From NCBI GenBank assembly GCA_947631765.1, contig CANRMP010000003.1, positions 77,508 through 141,507 of the forward strand: a DNA stretch of 64,000 bases. Direction: 5' to 3'. The notes under the pieces were generated by a model that was not told the DNA's origin, did no database searches, and saw nothing but the letters and a program-made list of their open reading frames with translations. The position numbers and the translations under genes are program-made. Positions 53,268 through 64,000 of this stretch are shown here, in pieces. The stretch's first letter is position 1. Each line of letters opens with the position of its first letter. Source of the DNA: an uncultured Clostridia bacterium. Lineage in GTDB: Bacteria > Bacillota > Clostridia > Oscillospirales > CAG-272.

Positions 53268-55511
53268 TCAGTTGTATTTGTCGGGAGCCAGCATATAGCA
53301 AAGCCCCGTATATCTGTTCACCTGTCTGACGTTTTCGACCATTGCCGCCACTACCGAAGCCCTGCCTACCAGTATGACCATTTTTTGCGCACGGGTCACC
53401 GCGGTGTACAGAAGATTTCTTGTAAGAAGGCGGGGGGTATATGAGTATATGGGGATAATTATTACCGGATATTCGCTTCCTTGGCTTTTGTGAACGGTTA
53501 TTGCGTACGCGTGCTCAAGCTCCTCAAGCATACTAAAGTCATATTCGGCAATACGCTCGTCAAAATCGATAATAATTTTCTCGGTCTGATGGTCAATCCG
53601 CACTATTCTTCCTATGTCGCCGTTGAAAATCCCCACGCCGTCTTCACCGTTGCGGTTCCACTCGATGTCATAGTTGTTTTTTATCTGCATGACCTTGTCG
53701 CCCTCACGGAATATAATTCCCCGAAAATTTTTCTCCTTTTTCCCCTTTTCGGGCGGATTCTGCACCGATTGAAGCAGGAGATTGAGCGGCTGTGTGCCGG
53801 CAACCCCTTTTTTGGACGGAGTTATAACCTGTATCTCGTTTCTTGTCTTTTCCCCGTAGGTCCTCGGAAGCCGACTTTGACAAAGCTCTGCTATGGTTTT
53901 GGGAATTTGCTGTTCGTCCTCTCTTGAAAGGAAGAAAAAATCTCCTTTTTTGTCGTCAAGTACGGGAAGCTCGCCGTTGTTTATGGCGTGCGCGTTCGTA
54001 ACTATGCGGCTTTCCTGCGCCTGTCTGAATATTTCGGTAAGCCGTACCGTGCAAAAGCGCTCACTGTTTATAATGTCGCAGAGCACATTGCCTGCCCCAA
54101 CCGAGGGAAGCTGGTCTGAATCCCCGATAAGTACAAGCCTTGCTCCCGGCTTTATCGCGCGAAGCAATGACGACATGAGCATAGTGTCCACCATTGAGGA
54201 TTCATCGATGATAATAAACTCCTCGCCAAGCAGATTTTTTTCATCGCGCATGAACACCGGCTTGTCCTCATCCCCCGAATACTTCATTTCAAGCATACGG
54301 TGGATGGTTTTCGCCTCATGCTGGGTTGCCTCGGACATTCGCTTTGCCGCTCTTCCGGTCGGAGCCGCCAATGCAATTTCAAGACCCATTCTCTCCGCTA
54401 TACTGATTATTGCCCTGATAATCGTTGTTTTTCCCGTTCCGGGACCGCCGGTAAGCACCATTACACCGTTTGATATGGCGTATCTTATCGCCCTTCTCTG
54501 AGCCGCGGCGTACTCGATTTTTTCCTCGTCCTCAACAAGCTTTATAAGCCTGTCGATATCTTCGATTCCGTCTTTGACGCAAAGCCTGTCAAGCATGTCA
54601 AGCTTTACCGATATGTAATGCTCCGCCTCATAATAATCCTGCAAATACACACAGCATGTCCCGTTGTATTTTACGGTTTTAATACCGCCGATACCTTCCT
54701 CGTAAACCTTTCGTACCTTGTTTTCCTCAACCCCGAGCAGCTCGGCGGCAAGCGGCAGGAGCTTTTTTTCGGGAATAAAGACGTGTCCGTTCTGCACGGC
54801 GTTGGCTGAAAGCGCGTGTTTTATCCCTGCCGCGATGCGCTTGTCGGAGGAGGAGTCATAGCCTATCGACCTTGCATATTCATCCGCCTTGTCAAACCCT
54901 ATACCGTATATTTCCTCGCACAGCAGATAGGGATTGTCCTCAATAACGTCTACCGCTCCGCTTCCCCATCTTTTATATATCTTTAAAATCGTGGCAGGTC
55001 CGAAATGATCCCGAAAACGCACCATAAGGCTGCGCATTCCGAACTGCTCCACAAATTCATCGTGTATGTGAGCGGCTTTTTTCGGGCTTATGCCCGGGAT
55101 GTCGCTGAGATACGTGGGATTATGCTCGATAACGTCAAAGGTGTCGTCCCCGAACATATCCACAATTTTGCGCGCGATTGACTCCCCGACACCCTTTATC
55201 GCTCCCGAGGCAAGGTACTTGTACATTGCGGCGGAGTTTGCGGGCAGCTCTTTTTCGTAAACCGACACCTTAAACTGAAGCCCGTATGAAGGATGTGTTT
55301 CCCACTTACCGGTCACTTTAACTACCTCACCGGCAGAGATATACGGCAGTATTCCGACAATAGTGACGTCCTCACCGTCCGCGTTTATTTCGCATACGGC
55401 AAAGCCGTTTTCTTTGTTTTGGAAGGTTACCCTCTCCACCGTACCGAGCAGTACGGTTTCGTTTCCGTTCACCGGCTGGTTTTGCGGCATTTTTGTTGTT
55501 TTCTTCTCCAC
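53268..55511 (-). CDS. recD2: RecD2-like ATP-dependent DNA helicase
   Basis: GTVERVTF, YLASG.IKG.G, TGGPGTGKT, APTGRAAKR, DESSM, GD.DQLPSVG, TVHKSQGSE, YTAVTRA. Confidence 0.95.
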   Translation of the reverse strand: MEKKTTKMPQNQPVNGNETVLLGTVERVTFQNKENGFAVCEINADGEDVTIVGILPYISAGEVVKVTGKWETHPSYGLQFKVSVYEKELPANSAAMYKYLASGAIKGVGESIARKIVDMFGDDTFDVIEHNPTYLSDIPGISPKKAAHIHDEFVEQFGMRSLMVRFRDHFGPATILKIYKRWGSGAVDVIEDNPYLLCEEIYGIGFDKADEYARSIGYDSSSDKRIAAGIKHALSANAVQNGHVFIPEKKLLPLAAELLGVEENKVRKVYEEGIGGIKTVKYNGTCCVYLQDYYEAEHYISVKLDMLDRLCVKDGIEDIDRLIKLVEDEEKIEYAAAQRRAIRYAISNGVMVLTGGPGTGKTTIIRAIISIAERMGLEIALAAPTGRAAKRMSEATQHEAKTIHRMLEMKYSGDEDKPVFMRDEKNLLGEEFIIIDESSMVDTMLMSSLLRAIKPGARLVLIGDSDQLPSVGAGNVLCDIINSERFCTVRLTEIFRQAQESRIVTNAHAINNGELPVLDDKKGDFFFLSREDEQQIPKTIAELCQSRLPRTYGEKTRNEIQVITPSKKGVAGTQPLNLLLQSVQNPPEKGKKEKNFRGIIFREGDKVMQIKNNYDIEWNRNGEDGVGIFNGDIGRIVRIDHQTEKIIIDFDERIAEYDFSMLEELEHAYAITVHKSQGSEYPVIIIPIYSYTPRLLTRNLLYTAVTRAQKMVILVGRASVVAAMVENVRQVNRYTGLCYMLAPDKYN

Positions 55512-55647
55512 AGCGGCAGTCCCTGACCTCCTTTTTTCTCTGTCTTTTTTCGATTTCTTCGAGTATATCTATAATATCGTGAAGCAGTGTATAGCCTCCG
55601 TAAACGCACAATACAGACACTGCTATTTTAAAAATATCATGCAGCAC
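55372..55647 (-). CDS. Small single-TM hypothetical protein overlapping the recD2 start
   Basis: GTG start with AGGTGA RBS; N-terminal hydrophobic segment. Confidence 0.45.
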   Translation of the reverse strand: MLHDIFKIAVSVLCVYGGYTLLHDIIDILEEIEKRQRKKEVRDCRCGEENNKNAAKPAGERKRNRTARYGGEGNLPKQRKRLCRMRNKRGR

Positions 55648-55697
55648 AAAATATCACCTATAGCATTTTATGCTGCATGACACTCATTTGACTGATT

Positions 55698-56879
55698 TTA
55701 TTTCCCTTTAAGCGCGCAGTTTATCTCCTCGGCAAGATCGGTTCTTTCCCAAAAAACGCCGAGATCTTCCCTTCCCATATGACCGTATGCGGCAAGGGGC
55801 GTGTATATCGGTTTTTTAAGACCGAATTTTTCGATAATTGCGGCGGGTCTGAGATCGACAAGCCTTGACAGCACTTTTGCTATCTCCTCGTCAGAGTATT
55901 TTGAGGTGCCGAAGGTATCGACCATCAGAGAAACGGGTCTTGCAACTCCAATAGCGTATGCAAGCTCAATTTCGCATTTTGTCGCAATTTTTGCGGCGAC
56001 CACATTTTTTGCAAGGTATCTTGCGGCGTAAGCGGCGCTTCTGTCAACCTTTGTGGGGTCCTTTCCCGAAAACGAACCGCCTCCGTGCCTTCCGTATCCG
56101 CCGTACGTGTCAACAATTATCTTCCGTCCGGTAAGTCCGCTGTCACCCATAGGACCTCCGATAACAAAACGACCGGTCGGATTGATATAGATTTTTGTGT
56201 CCTTGTCAATAAGTGAACTCGGCACTGTCGTTTTTATCACTTTTTCTACTATGTCTTTTTCTATTGTGTCATGGGATACGTCGGGGTCATGCTGAGAGGA
56301 GACAACTATTGTGTCGACTCTTATCGGCTTGTCCTTGTCATACTCGACGGTTACCTGAGTTTTTCCGTCCGGACGAAGATATGAAAGCGTTCCGCTCTTT
56401 CTCGCAGCCGTAAGCGCTTTTGCAAGCTTATGAGCAAGAGAAATGGGGAGCGGCATAAGCTCGGGAGTTTCGTCGCAGGCAAAGCCGAACATCATTCCCT
56501 GATCTCCCGCACCTGTTTCATAGGCGTCATTTTCACCGTTTTTTGCTTCAAGGCTTTTGTCAACGCCCATGGCAATATCGGGCGACTGACTGTGAATTGC
56601 GTTAATAACGGCGCAGGTCTCACAGTCAAAACCGTACTTTGCTCTGTCATAGCCGATATTTCGAACCGCATTTCTTACAATATCGTCGTATTTTACCGAG
56701 GCTTTTGAGCTTATTTCGCCCATAATGTAGATAACACCGGTGGTAGCGGTGGTCTCGCACGCCACTCTTGCGTCCGGGTCCTTTTCAAGCAGAGCGTCAA
56801 GAATCGAATCGGATATTATATCGCAAATTTTGTCGGGATGACCTTCGGTAACCGATTCGGAGGTAAACAGCTTCTTCAT
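55698..56879 (-). CDS. metK: S-adenosylmethionine synthetase
   Basis: [34 protein letters not shown]. Confidence 0.98.
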   Translation of the reverse strand: MKKLFTSESVTEGHPDKICDIISDSILDALLEKDPDARVACETTATTGVIYIMGEISSKASVKYDDIVRNAVRNIGYDRAKYGFDCETCAVINAIHSQSPDIAMGVDKSLEAKNGENDAYETGAGDQGMMFGFACDETPELMPLPISLAHKLAKALTAARKSGTLSYLRPDGKTQVTVEYDKDKPIRVDTIVVSSQHDPDVSHDTIEKDIVEKVIKTTVPSSLIDKDTKIYINPTGRFVIGGPMGDSGLTGRKIIVDTYGGYGRHGGGSFSGKDPTKVDRSAAYAARYLAKNVVAAKIATKCEIELAYAIGVARPVSLMVDTFGTSKYSDEEIAKVLSRLVDLRPAAIIEKFGLKKPIYTPLAAYGHMGREDLGVFWERTDLAEEINCALKGK

Positions 56880-56945
56880 ATTTGTATTTCCTTTCTCTTT
56901 TGGCAGCGCATAATTTTCGGCGTCCGCTCCGCGGACGCCGAAATT

Positions 56946-57030
56946 TCTCATCTCCACGGAATTGGCACCTTGCATTTTTGCAGGTTGCCGTGACTTCACA
57001 GGGCCAGTCCCTCCATCACTCTTGATAAGA
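56946..57030 (-). promoter_or_regulatory. SAM-I riboswitch aptamer lacking P4
   Basis: CTTATCAAGAG..GGAGGGACTGGCCC.GTGAA..CGGCAACC..GGTGCCAATTCC..GATGAG upstream of metK. Confidence 0.93.
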
Positions 57031-57048
57031 TATTTTTATTCTCACTGC

Positions 57049-57077
57049 ATTATATCACAATACAATGCGTTTTGCAA
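57049..57077 (-). promoter_or_regulatory. Sigma-A promoter of the metK leader
   Basis: TTGCAA-17-TATAAT with TG. Confidence 0.75.
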
Positions 57078-57083
57078 TACCTG

Positions 57084-57581
57084 TCAGACCAAAAAGGACA
57101 AAAAACCTAAAATACCGTAGCTGACAAGCGTCATAATAACTCCTGCGGTAAGCACGCCTAATGTTACCGCAAGCATAGCCTTGGAAAATCTTGTGTTGAT
57201 AAGCGCCGCGACAAGCGAGCCGGTCCATGCGCCGGTTCCGGGAATCGGAATCGCAACAAAGATAAACAGCCCCCAAAAAGAGTACTTTTCCACCTTTTCC
57301 TTGTGCTTATCCGCCTTCTTTTCAAGCCAAAGGGATACCTTACACAAATGGGGAACCTTGTTCATCCATTTAAGTATCGCCCTGATAAACAGAAGAATAA
57401 ACGGAACGGGAATCAGGTTTCCGATGACCGCGATTATGTATGACTGCCAAAAAGGCAGACCGAGGGCGGCGGCAAGAGGTATGCCGCCGCGAAGCTCGAT
57501 AATCGGTATCATAGAGCAAAAGAAAACACACAGCTCTCGCCCTACAATCTCAAGAAAAAAGTGTTCTATAGCCTCAACCAT
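57084..57581 (-). CDS. Small multidrug export family (COG2426) membrane protein
   Basis: SMIPIIELRGGIP, FVAIPIPGTGAWTG. Confidence 0.9.
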   Translation of the reverse strand: MVEAIEHFFLEIVGRELCVFFCSMIPIIELRGGIPLAAALGLPFWQSYIIAVIGNLIPVPFILLFIRAILKWMNKVPHLCKVSLWLEKKADKHKEKVEKYSFWGLFIFVAIPIPGTGAWTGSLVAALINTRFSKAMLAVTLGVLTAGVIMTLVSYGILGFLSFLV

Positions 57582-57632
57582 TTCGTTGTTGTTTCCTTAG
57601 TTTTTATATGTCCGGCGTTGAATTAAAGCGCC

Positions 57633-58337
57633 TTAGCCTATTGTTTTACCAAAGCTTATCTTTCCGTTAAGGAAGATAAAGAGAATTACAAGTCCCGCCG
57701 CTATAAGAAGCACCGAGAGTACAAGCATAACAATTGATTTTTTTGAAAATACCTTGTTTTCTCGGGAATTTTCAAGACTTTGAAATTCGGTTATCCTTGC
57801 CCGCTTGAGCGCTGTTGAAACGGGTTTATAAAGCGCCGCCACAATACCGGCGTTCATTATAGACTTTGCAAGATTGAAAGGCAAAAGTAAAACCGGAATA
57901 AGCCCCACAACCGTGGCTACATCAGTATGCATGAAATACGGCGTTACAATAAGATTAGCAAGCATCATAACCGAGGTCGTTGAAACGACCGCCGTGCATA
58001 TTCCGACAATCGCAAAGGTAAAATTTCTTTTGCGGCTGTAAACAATGGTTGCCGGAATGCAGAACGCCGCCGAAGAAATAAAGTTCATAATAAGACCGTA
58101 AACTCCGGTGTCGCTTATGGTTACAAACTCAATGAGCGCAACAATTATCGGCATTATCAGCGCGTAAACCGGACCGCATATCATGGCGCCGATAAGGAGC
58201 AGAGCGTCTTTAAAATCAAGAGTCAAAAACTGCACGCCGATATGCACAACAAAGGTTGCGGCATAGGCAAGGGCAGAAAACATTGCGGCAATAGCCAGTT
58301 TTTTTAATTTAAGAATATTTTTCGCTGTAGTGTTCAT
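57633..58337 (-). CDS. ribU: ECF transporter S component, riboflavin (RibU-like)
   Basis: AMFSALA, FL.LDF.D, G..MNF, LLPFNLAK; preceded by an FMN riboswitch. Confidence 0.85.
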   Translation of the reverse strand: MNTTAKNILKLKKLAIAAMFSALAYAATFVVHIGVQFLTLDFKDALLLIGAMICGPVYALIMPIIVALIEFVTISDTGVYGLIMNFISSAAFCIPATIVYSRKRNFTFAIVGICTAVVSTTSVMMLANLIVTPYFMHTDVATVVGLIPVLLLPFNLAKSIMNAGIVAALYKPVSTALKRARITEFQSLENSRENKVFSKKSIVMLVLSVLLIAAGLVILFIFLNGKISFGKTIG

Positions 58338-58403
58338 AATTCAATCCCCTTTATGATTCGGTTTGCTTTAAGGGAAATGAAAAAGAAATCGTGAAAGACG
58401 ATT

Positions 58404-58510
58404 ATCTTTTCTCATCCGGACTATACCGTCGGTACAGGAAATTAACCTGTTCAGCATAAATGCGCGCGGACTTTACCGCCGATGTGGATTTTCACCAACC
58501 CCCAAAGTTA
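58404..58510 (-). promoter_or_regulatory. FMN riboswitch
   Basis: GGGGTTGGTGAAAATCC.CATCGGCGGTAAAGTCCGCG...CCGACGGTATAGTCCGGATGAGAAAAGA. Confidence 0.95.
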
Positions 58511-58633
58511 ATCGTAATACAATTAATATTTAATATTAGTTTATATTTAGTTTTGATTTTACGTAAATTCGGGACGGGCAGAAAAACAGCCCGCCCCGAG
58601 TTTAAATTAGCTACTTGAGTAAATTACCTCAAA

Positions 58634-59839
58634 TTAAGCAATGATATCGGAAACAACGCCTGAACCGACGGTTCTGCCGCCTTCACGGATAGCGAAGCGG
58701 AGTCCCTTCTCGATAGCGATAGGTGTGATAAGCTCGACCGTGAGATTTACGTTATCTCCGGGACGGCACATCTCAACGTCAGCGGGAAGAGAAATTGTTC
58801 CTGTAACGTCGGTTGTTCTGAAATAGAACTGAGGTCTGTAGCCTGCGAAGAAGGGGCCGTGACGTCCGCCTTCCTTTTCAGTCAGAACGTAAACCTGTCC
58901 TGTGAACTTTGTGTGAGGGTTAACCGAACCGGGAGCGCAGAGAACCTGTCCTCTCTCGACCTCGTTCTTTGCAATACCGCGGAGCAGTGCGCCGATGTTG
59001 TCTCCTGCCTCTGCAAGATCCATGAGCTTGTGGAACATCTCAACGCCTGTAACGGTTGTTTTCTTTCTTTCCTCTGTAAGACCGATGATTTCTACAACGT
59101 CGCCGACCTTAACGGTTCCGCGCTCTACTCTACCTGTTGCAACCGTTCCACGTCCGGAAATTGAGAACACGTCCTCAACGGGCATAAGGAAAGGAAGATC
59201 AGACTTACGGTCAGGAGTGGGAATATAAGTGTCAACTGCGTGCATAAGCTCAAGAATAGGAGCGTATACGGGGTCGTTGGGGTCCTTTGAGGGGGACTCA
59301 AGAGCGTTACGTGCGGAACCGCGGATGATAGGAGTTTCATCGCCGGGGAACTCGTACTCGGTGAGAAGGTCTCTGACTTCCATCTCGGCAAGGTCAAGAA
59401 GCTCTTCGTCGTCAACAAGGTCTGTCTTGTTCATGAAAACGACGATAGCGGGAACGCCGACCTGACGGGCGAGCAGAACGTGCTCACGGGTCTGCTGAAG
59501 AGGTCCGTCTGTACCTGCGACAACAAGGATAGCGCCGTCCATCTGAGCCGCACCGGTGATCATGTTCTTGACATAGTCGGCATGCCCGGGACAGTCAACG
59601 TGAGCGTAGTGGCGAGCCTCTGTTTCGTACTCAACGTGTCTTGTGTTGATTGTGATTCCTCTTGCCTTCTCTTCGGGAGCGTTATCGATCTGGTCATATG
59701 CCATGAACTCGATACTGCTGTTTGAAAGGGAAAGTGTTTTTGTGATTGCTGCTGTAAGAGTTGTTTTGCCGTGGTCAACATGTCCGATAGTACCAATGTT
59801 AACATGAGGTTTCGTTCTTTCAAACTTAGCTTTTGCCAT
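58634..59839 (-). CDS. tuf: Elongation factor Tu
   Basis: [40 protein letters not shown]. Confidence 0.99.
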   Translation of the reverse strand: MAKAKFERTKPHVNIGTIGHVDHGKTTLTAAITKTLSLSNSSIEFMAYDQIDNAPEEKARGITINTRHVEYETEARHYAHVDCPGHADYVKNMITGAAQMDGAILVVAGTDGPLQQTREHVLLARQVGVPAIVVFMNKTDLVDDEELLDLAEMEVRDLLTEYEFPGDETPIIRGSARNALESPSKDPNDPVYAPILELMHAVDTYIPTPDRKSDLPFLMPVEDVFSISGRGTVATGRVERGTVKVGDVVEIIGLTEERKKTTVTGVEMFHKLMDLAEAGDNIGALLRGIAKNEVERGQVLCAPGSVNPHTKFTGQVYVLTEKEGGRHGPFFAGYRPQFYFRTTDVTGTISLPADVEMCRPGDNVNLTVELITPIAIEKGLRFAIREGGRTVGSGVVSDIIA

Positions 59840-59905
59840 TGTAATTTTCCTCCAATTTTTTGTGTTTTTTAATTTTAATAAATAAAATAGTTTTACTTTG
59901 TAGAA

Positions 59906-61987
59906 TTACTTTTTGCCGGCTATGATTGTATCCATAATCGACTTCGGAACCTCGGAGAAGTGACTGGGCTCCATTGAGTACTGTCCTCTTCCCTGAGTTT
60001 TGCTGCGAAGGTCGGTTGCGTATCCGAACATCTCCGCAAGCGGGACCATTGCGACTATCTCATGCGCGCCCGAAATAGGCTCCATTGACTGAATCTGTCC
60101 GCGGCGGCTGTTAAAGTCTCCGATGACGTCTCCGAGATAGTCCTCGGGGGTGATGGTGACAACCTTCATGATAGGCTCAGTAATTACCGGATCCGCCTTC
60201 TTCATGGCGTCCTTAAACGCCATTGAACCGGCTATCTTGAATGCCATTTCAGAGGAGTCAACCTCGTGATACGAACCGTCGTAAAGAGTGACCTTGACGT
60301 CAACCACGTTGTAGCCCGCAAGCACTCCGGCAGTCATTGCGCCCTGAATACCTGCGTCAACCGCGGGAATATATTCCTTAGGAATGGCGCCTCCGACAAC
60401 CTTGTTGATAAATTCGTATCCCTTGCCGGGCTCGTTAGGCTCAATGGTAATTTTGACGTGACCGTATTGACCCTTACCGCCCGACTGACGCGCGTATTTG
60501 GTATCCGAATCCGCGCTCTTTCTTATGGTTTCTTTGTAAGATACCTGAGGTTTACCGATATTAGCCTCAACCTTGAACTCACGAAGCAGTCTGTCTACGA
60601 TTATTTCAAGGTGGAGCTCGCCCATTCCCGCGATAATCGTCTGCCCCGTTTCTTCATCGGTATAGGTTCTGAATGTCGGGTCCTCTTCGGCAAGCTTGCC
60701 AAGCGCAATTCCCATCTTTTCCTGACCTGCCTTGGTTTTCGGCTCGATTGCCACCTTGATAACAGGCTCCGGAAATTCCATCGATTCAAGAATGACGGGG
60801 TCGGACTCGGCGCAGAGAGTGTCGCCGGTAGTGGTATTTTTAAGACCGACTACTGCCGCAATATCTCCCGAATAACATTCGTCGATATCCTTACGCTCGT
60901 TGGCGTGCATCTGGAGTATTCTTCCCATACGCTCTCTCGACTTTTTGACCGAGTTGTAAACCGTGGTTCCGGCAACAACCGTCCCCGAATATACACGGAA
61001 GAAGGTCAGCCTTCCCACATACGGGTCGGTCATGATTTTGAAAGCTAAAGCCGAGAAGGGCGCGCTGTCGTCCGAATGACGCTCAACCTCGTTGTCGCCG
61101 TCGTCTCGTCTCGGGTCGATACCCTTGATTGCCGGAATATCCACCGGCGCGGGCATATAATCAACAACTGCGTCAAGCAGCTTCTGAACGCCCTTGTTTC
61201 TGTACGAGGTTCCGCATATAACCGGAACTATCTCGTTATTAATTGTAGCCTTGCGAAGCGCCGCTTTAAGCTCGGGGGCTGTTATCTCCTCGCCCTCAAG
61301 GTACTTCATTGTAAGGTCCTCGTCTGTTTCGACGATCTCCTCGACCATTTGCTGTCTGTACTGCTCGGCTATCTCCCTCATGTCCTCCGGAATCGGCTCG
61401 ACTCTCATGTCCTTACCGAGATCATCGTAATATACGTCTGATTCCATGTTCATAAGGTCGATAATTCCTTTGAATTGATCCTCGGAACCGATAGGAAGCT
61501 GTATCGGAACGGCGTTTGCTTTAAGACGCTCTCTGAGCATCTTGACACAACGGAAGAAATCCGCTCCCATTATGTCCATTTTGTTTACATATACCATTCT
61601 CGGTACATGATATTTGTCTGCCTGACGCCAGACGGTCTCTGACTGCGGCTCAACGCCGCCTTTTGCGCAGAGTACGGTTACGGAGCCGTCAAGCACACGG
61701 AGTGAACGCTCAACCTCAACGGTAAAGTCAACATGCCCGGGGGTGTCGATAATATTTATACGATTGCCCTTCCAGTAGCAGGTCGTTGCGGCAGAGGTGA
61801 TTGTGATTCCTCTTTCCTGCTCCTGCTCCATCCAGTCCATTGTTGCTCCGCCGTCGTGAACCTCACCCATCTTGTGTGTTTTACCCGTGTAAAAGAGTAT
61901 TCTCTCTGTCGTCGTGGTCTTACCGGCGTCAATATGCGCCATAATACCGATGTTACGGGTGTTTTCAAGAGAGTATTCTCTCGGCAT
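59906..61987 (-). CDS. fusA: Elongation factor G
   Basis: [40 protein letters not shown]. Confidence 0.99.
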   Translation of the reverse strand: MPREYSLENTRNIGIMAHIDAGKTTTTERILFYTGKTHKMGEVHDGGATMDWMEQEQERGITITSAATTCYWKGNRINIIDTPGHVDFTVEVERSLRVLDGSVTVLCAKGGVEPQSETVWRQADKYHVPRMVYVNKMDIMGADFFRCVKMLRERLKANAVPIQLPIGSEDQFKGIIDLMNMESDVYYDDLGKDMRVEPIPEDMREIAEQYRQQMVEEIVETDEDLTMKYLEGEEITAPELKAALRKATINNEIVPVICGTSYRNKGVQKLLDAVVDYMPAPVDIPAIKGIDPRRDDGDNEVERHSDDSAPFSALAFKIMTDPYVGRLTFFRVYSGTVVAGTTVYNSVKKSRERMGRILQMHANERKDIDECYSGDIAAVVGLKNTTTGDTLCAESDPVILESMEFPEPVIKVAIEPKTKAGQEKMGIALGKLAEEDPTFRTYTDEETGQTIIAGMGELHLEIIVDRLLREFKVEANIGKPQVSYKETIRKSADSDTKYARQSGGKGQYGHVKITIEPNEPGKGYEFINKVVGGAIPKEYIPAVDAGIQGAMTAGVLAGYNVVDVKVTLYDGSYHEVDSSEMAFKIAGSMAFKDAMKKADPVITEPIMKVVTITPEDYLGDVIGDFNSRRGQIQSMEPISGAHEIVAMVPLAEMFGYATDLRSKTQGRGQYSMEPSHFSEVPKSIMDTIIAGKK

Positions 61988-62016
61988 ATTCTTTGTGTCT
62001 CCTTAAACTCAATAAC

Positions 62017-62487
62017 TCAATATCTGATATGCGCAAAAGCCTTGTTGGCTTCAGCCATTCTATGTGTTTCTTCCTTTTTCTTAAATGCTCCGCCCATGCT
62101 GTTCGAAGCATCAAGAATCTCGGCGGCAAGGCGTTCAGCCATCGTCTTTTCGCCGCGCTGTCTCGAATAGGTTCTTATCCAGCGAAGACCCAGCGTTTGT
62201 CTTCTTGCGGGTCTTACCTCCATAGGCACCTGATAGGTCGAACCGCCCAGACGGCGAGCCTTGACCTCAAGCACCGGCATTACGTTTTCAAGAGCAGCGG
62301 TAAAGACCTCAAGGGCGTTCTTTTCGGATTTTTCTTCAACGATTTTAAACGCATCGTAAACAATCTTCTGAGCAACGCCTTTCTTGCCGTCGTACATGAT
62401 GTTGTTGATGAGCTTTGTCACCAGCGTTGAACCGTACATCGGGTCCGGCAGCACTTCTCTCTTGGAAATTTGTCCTCTTCTTGGCAC
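62017..62487 (-). CDS. rpsG: 30S ribosomal protein S7
   Basis: [34 protein letters not shown]. Confidence 0.98.
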   Translation of the reverse strand: MPRRGQISKREVLPDPMYGSTLVTKLINNIMYDGKKGVAQKIVYDAFKIVEEKSEKNALEVFTAALENVMPVLEVKARRLGGSTYQVPMEVRPARRQTLGLRWIRTYSRQRGEKTMAERLAAEILDASNSMGGAFKKKEETHRMAEANKAFAHIRY

Positions 62488-62651
62488 TTTAACTTCCCTC
62501 CTTCATTAAAAATATGATATCATTGGTACTCGAAAGATTTCTTCCGCAGTGCAGGACACAGCTTGTCAGATTAAACAATAAACATTGCGGTAATCAGCAA
62601 AAAACTCTGTGTGCACAAACGATAAAAAACTACTTACCTTTTTGACCCCGA

Positions 62652-63074
62652 TTATTTCTTTGCGGTTTTGGGTCTCTTTGCGCCGTACTTTGACCTTCCC
62701 TGTCTGCGCGATTCAACTCCCTGAGTATCAAGGGTTCCGCGGATTATGTGATATCTCACACCGGGCAGGTCACGGACTCTTCCTCCTCTGATGAGAACAA
62801 CCGAGTGTTCCTGAAGGTTGTGTCCGATTCCGGGAATATAGGTTGTCGCCTCAAGCCCGTTGGTAAGTCTCACTCTGGCAATCTTACGGATAGCCGAGTT
62901 AGGCTTCTTCGGGTTCATGGTCGAAACCTTGGTACATACTCCTCTTTTCTGGGGAGCGCTTTGATCTGTGGGTGTGTTGCTCAGCGAGTTAAAGCCTCTC
63001 TGAAGCACAGGCGCCTTGGATTTGTACTCTGACTTTTTTCTTCCCTGCTTAACCAGTTGGTTAAATGTTGGCAT
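62652..63074 (-). CDS. rpsL: 30S ribosomal protein S12
   Basis: [42 protein letters not shown]. Confidence 0.99.
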   Translation of the reverse strand: MPTFNQLVKQGRKKSEYKSKAPVLQRGFNSLSNTPTDQSAPQKRGVCTKVSTMNPKKPNSAIRKIARVRLTNGLEATTYIPGIGHNLQEHSVVLIRGGRVRDLPGVRYHIIRGTLDTQGVESRRQGRSKYGAKRPKTAKK

Positions 63075-63184
63075 GCTTGCACCTCCTGTTCTTGCTGATT
63101 TTTTCGATGTTTATCGTTTTGTCCGACTGTGATTATAGGCTGAAAAGTGCATATTGGCACAGTTAATCACATTAAGACTAAGTT

Positions 63185-63213
63185 ATTATACCACCGATAA
63201 TTCAAATTGTCAA
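63185..63213 (-). promoter_or_regulatory. Sigma-A promoter of the str operon
   Basis: TTGACA-17-TATAAT on the minus strand. Confidence 0.85.
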
Positions 63214-63431
63214 GTATTGTTTATTATATGAGTAATATTCTCCCTTTTGCACAAAAACATGCTTAAAAAATCCCGATATATACTGTGATTTTGACATGGT
63301 TTTCGGCAAAATTGCCAAAATATTTGAAATCCGAATGAATTTACGATATATAATGCACCGAGCGCAAAATCACCGGAGCCGCCGCAAATACACTTTGAGG
63401 CAGCTCCGGTCAAGCTTTTTTGTTTTATTAC

Positions 63432-64000
63432 TTATGTTTCGGGCATTCCGTCGGGATACAGCATATTGTTGTACCATTCGCGGTATTGCTTGTTAAACGC
63501 GTATACGTCGTTGTTTCTGTTGGACAGACCGTAAATAACATATATATTGTCCGACAGCCATCTTTCAAGTGAATTGAAGAAGGCGTTGGGCTCGGCAATT
63601 TCACCTGTCGAGGTGTCGACAACGCTGCCGAATTCGCGCATTTTCACCCAAAGCTCCTCGTAAAGAAGCTCAAGTTGGAGGCTTGCCTCTTCAACGGTAA
63701 TTCCATTTTGAATCGAGGGGTCGTACGTGTTCTTAGTGTCATATTTGAGCGAGAAGCCGATGTTGGGCGAGAAATGAGCTTCTCTTGAAGCGTTCTTTGC
63801 AAGCTCCCAGTTGTTTGCCGAATACATAAGCTCGGACTCTGTCATGTCGGTATTCTGCCATACAAGGAATAGGTTGCCGGTCTTGTACATATCCATTGAA
63901 TATGTATAGTATGCGCCGGTCGGCTGTCTGTTTTCGTCTTCAACTGGCGTGCTCACTCTTGTGACAACGCCGTTCTCGTCACGTGTATACGTCACATTTT
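63432..64000 (-). CDS. Partial CDS (5' end outside window), possibly the C-terminus of a solute-binding protein
   Basis: Frame open to the window edge; GNLFL..SPNIGF motif resembles DUF3502-type SBP C-termini. Confidence 0.5.
   Translation of the reverse strand, partial: NVTYTRDENGVVTRVSTPVEDENRQPTGAYYTYSMDMYKTGNLFLVWQNTDMTESELMYSANNWELAKNASREAHFSPNIGFSLKYDTKNTYDPSIQNGITVEEASLQLELLYEELWVKMREFGSVVDTSTGEIAEPNAFFNSLERWLSDNIYVIYGLSNRNNDVYAFNKQYREWYNNMLYPDGMPET

Noticed and set aside
58634-59839. EF-Tu deviations (GPLQQT for GPMPQT, RHGPFF for RHTPFF)
   Set aside because: GTPase motifs and the elfamycin-site residues I checked are intact; likely lineage drift

Overview
Core-chromosome segment of a spore-forming, probably uncultured Clostridia (Oscillospirales-like) bacterium, inferred from the spoIIAA-spoIIAB-sigF operon, T-box, SAM-I and FMN leaders and consensus sigma-A promoters. 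It is mostly housekeeping: valS, alaS, der-plsY, rpmF, rpmB, rplM-rpsI, rpsL-rpsG-fusA-tuf, a complete his operon led by a YerC/HisR regulator, metK, luxS-mtnN, and recD2-comF. Cell-envelope genes (YfhO, LtaS-like, M14 peptidase) and carbohydrate genes (GH2, a multidomain GH5-like lipoprotein, a DUF4353 lipoprotein, two orphan solute-binding lipoproteins) are also present. No rRNA, tRNA, CRISPR array, transposase or prophage gene is visible. Best leads: (1) an ~860-bp non-coding island at 5466-6328 with 96-bp inverted repeats showing covariation and enclosing three separately folding elements; (2) a module of two paralogous coiled-coil/2TM/coiled-coil proteins flanking an XRE regulator; (3) a SAM-I riboswitch lacking P4; (4) a fixed Arg at the streptomycin-resistance site of S12; (5) an in-frame internally deleted AAA/DUF4143 gene. 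All family assignments come from motif recognition by eye, not database searches.
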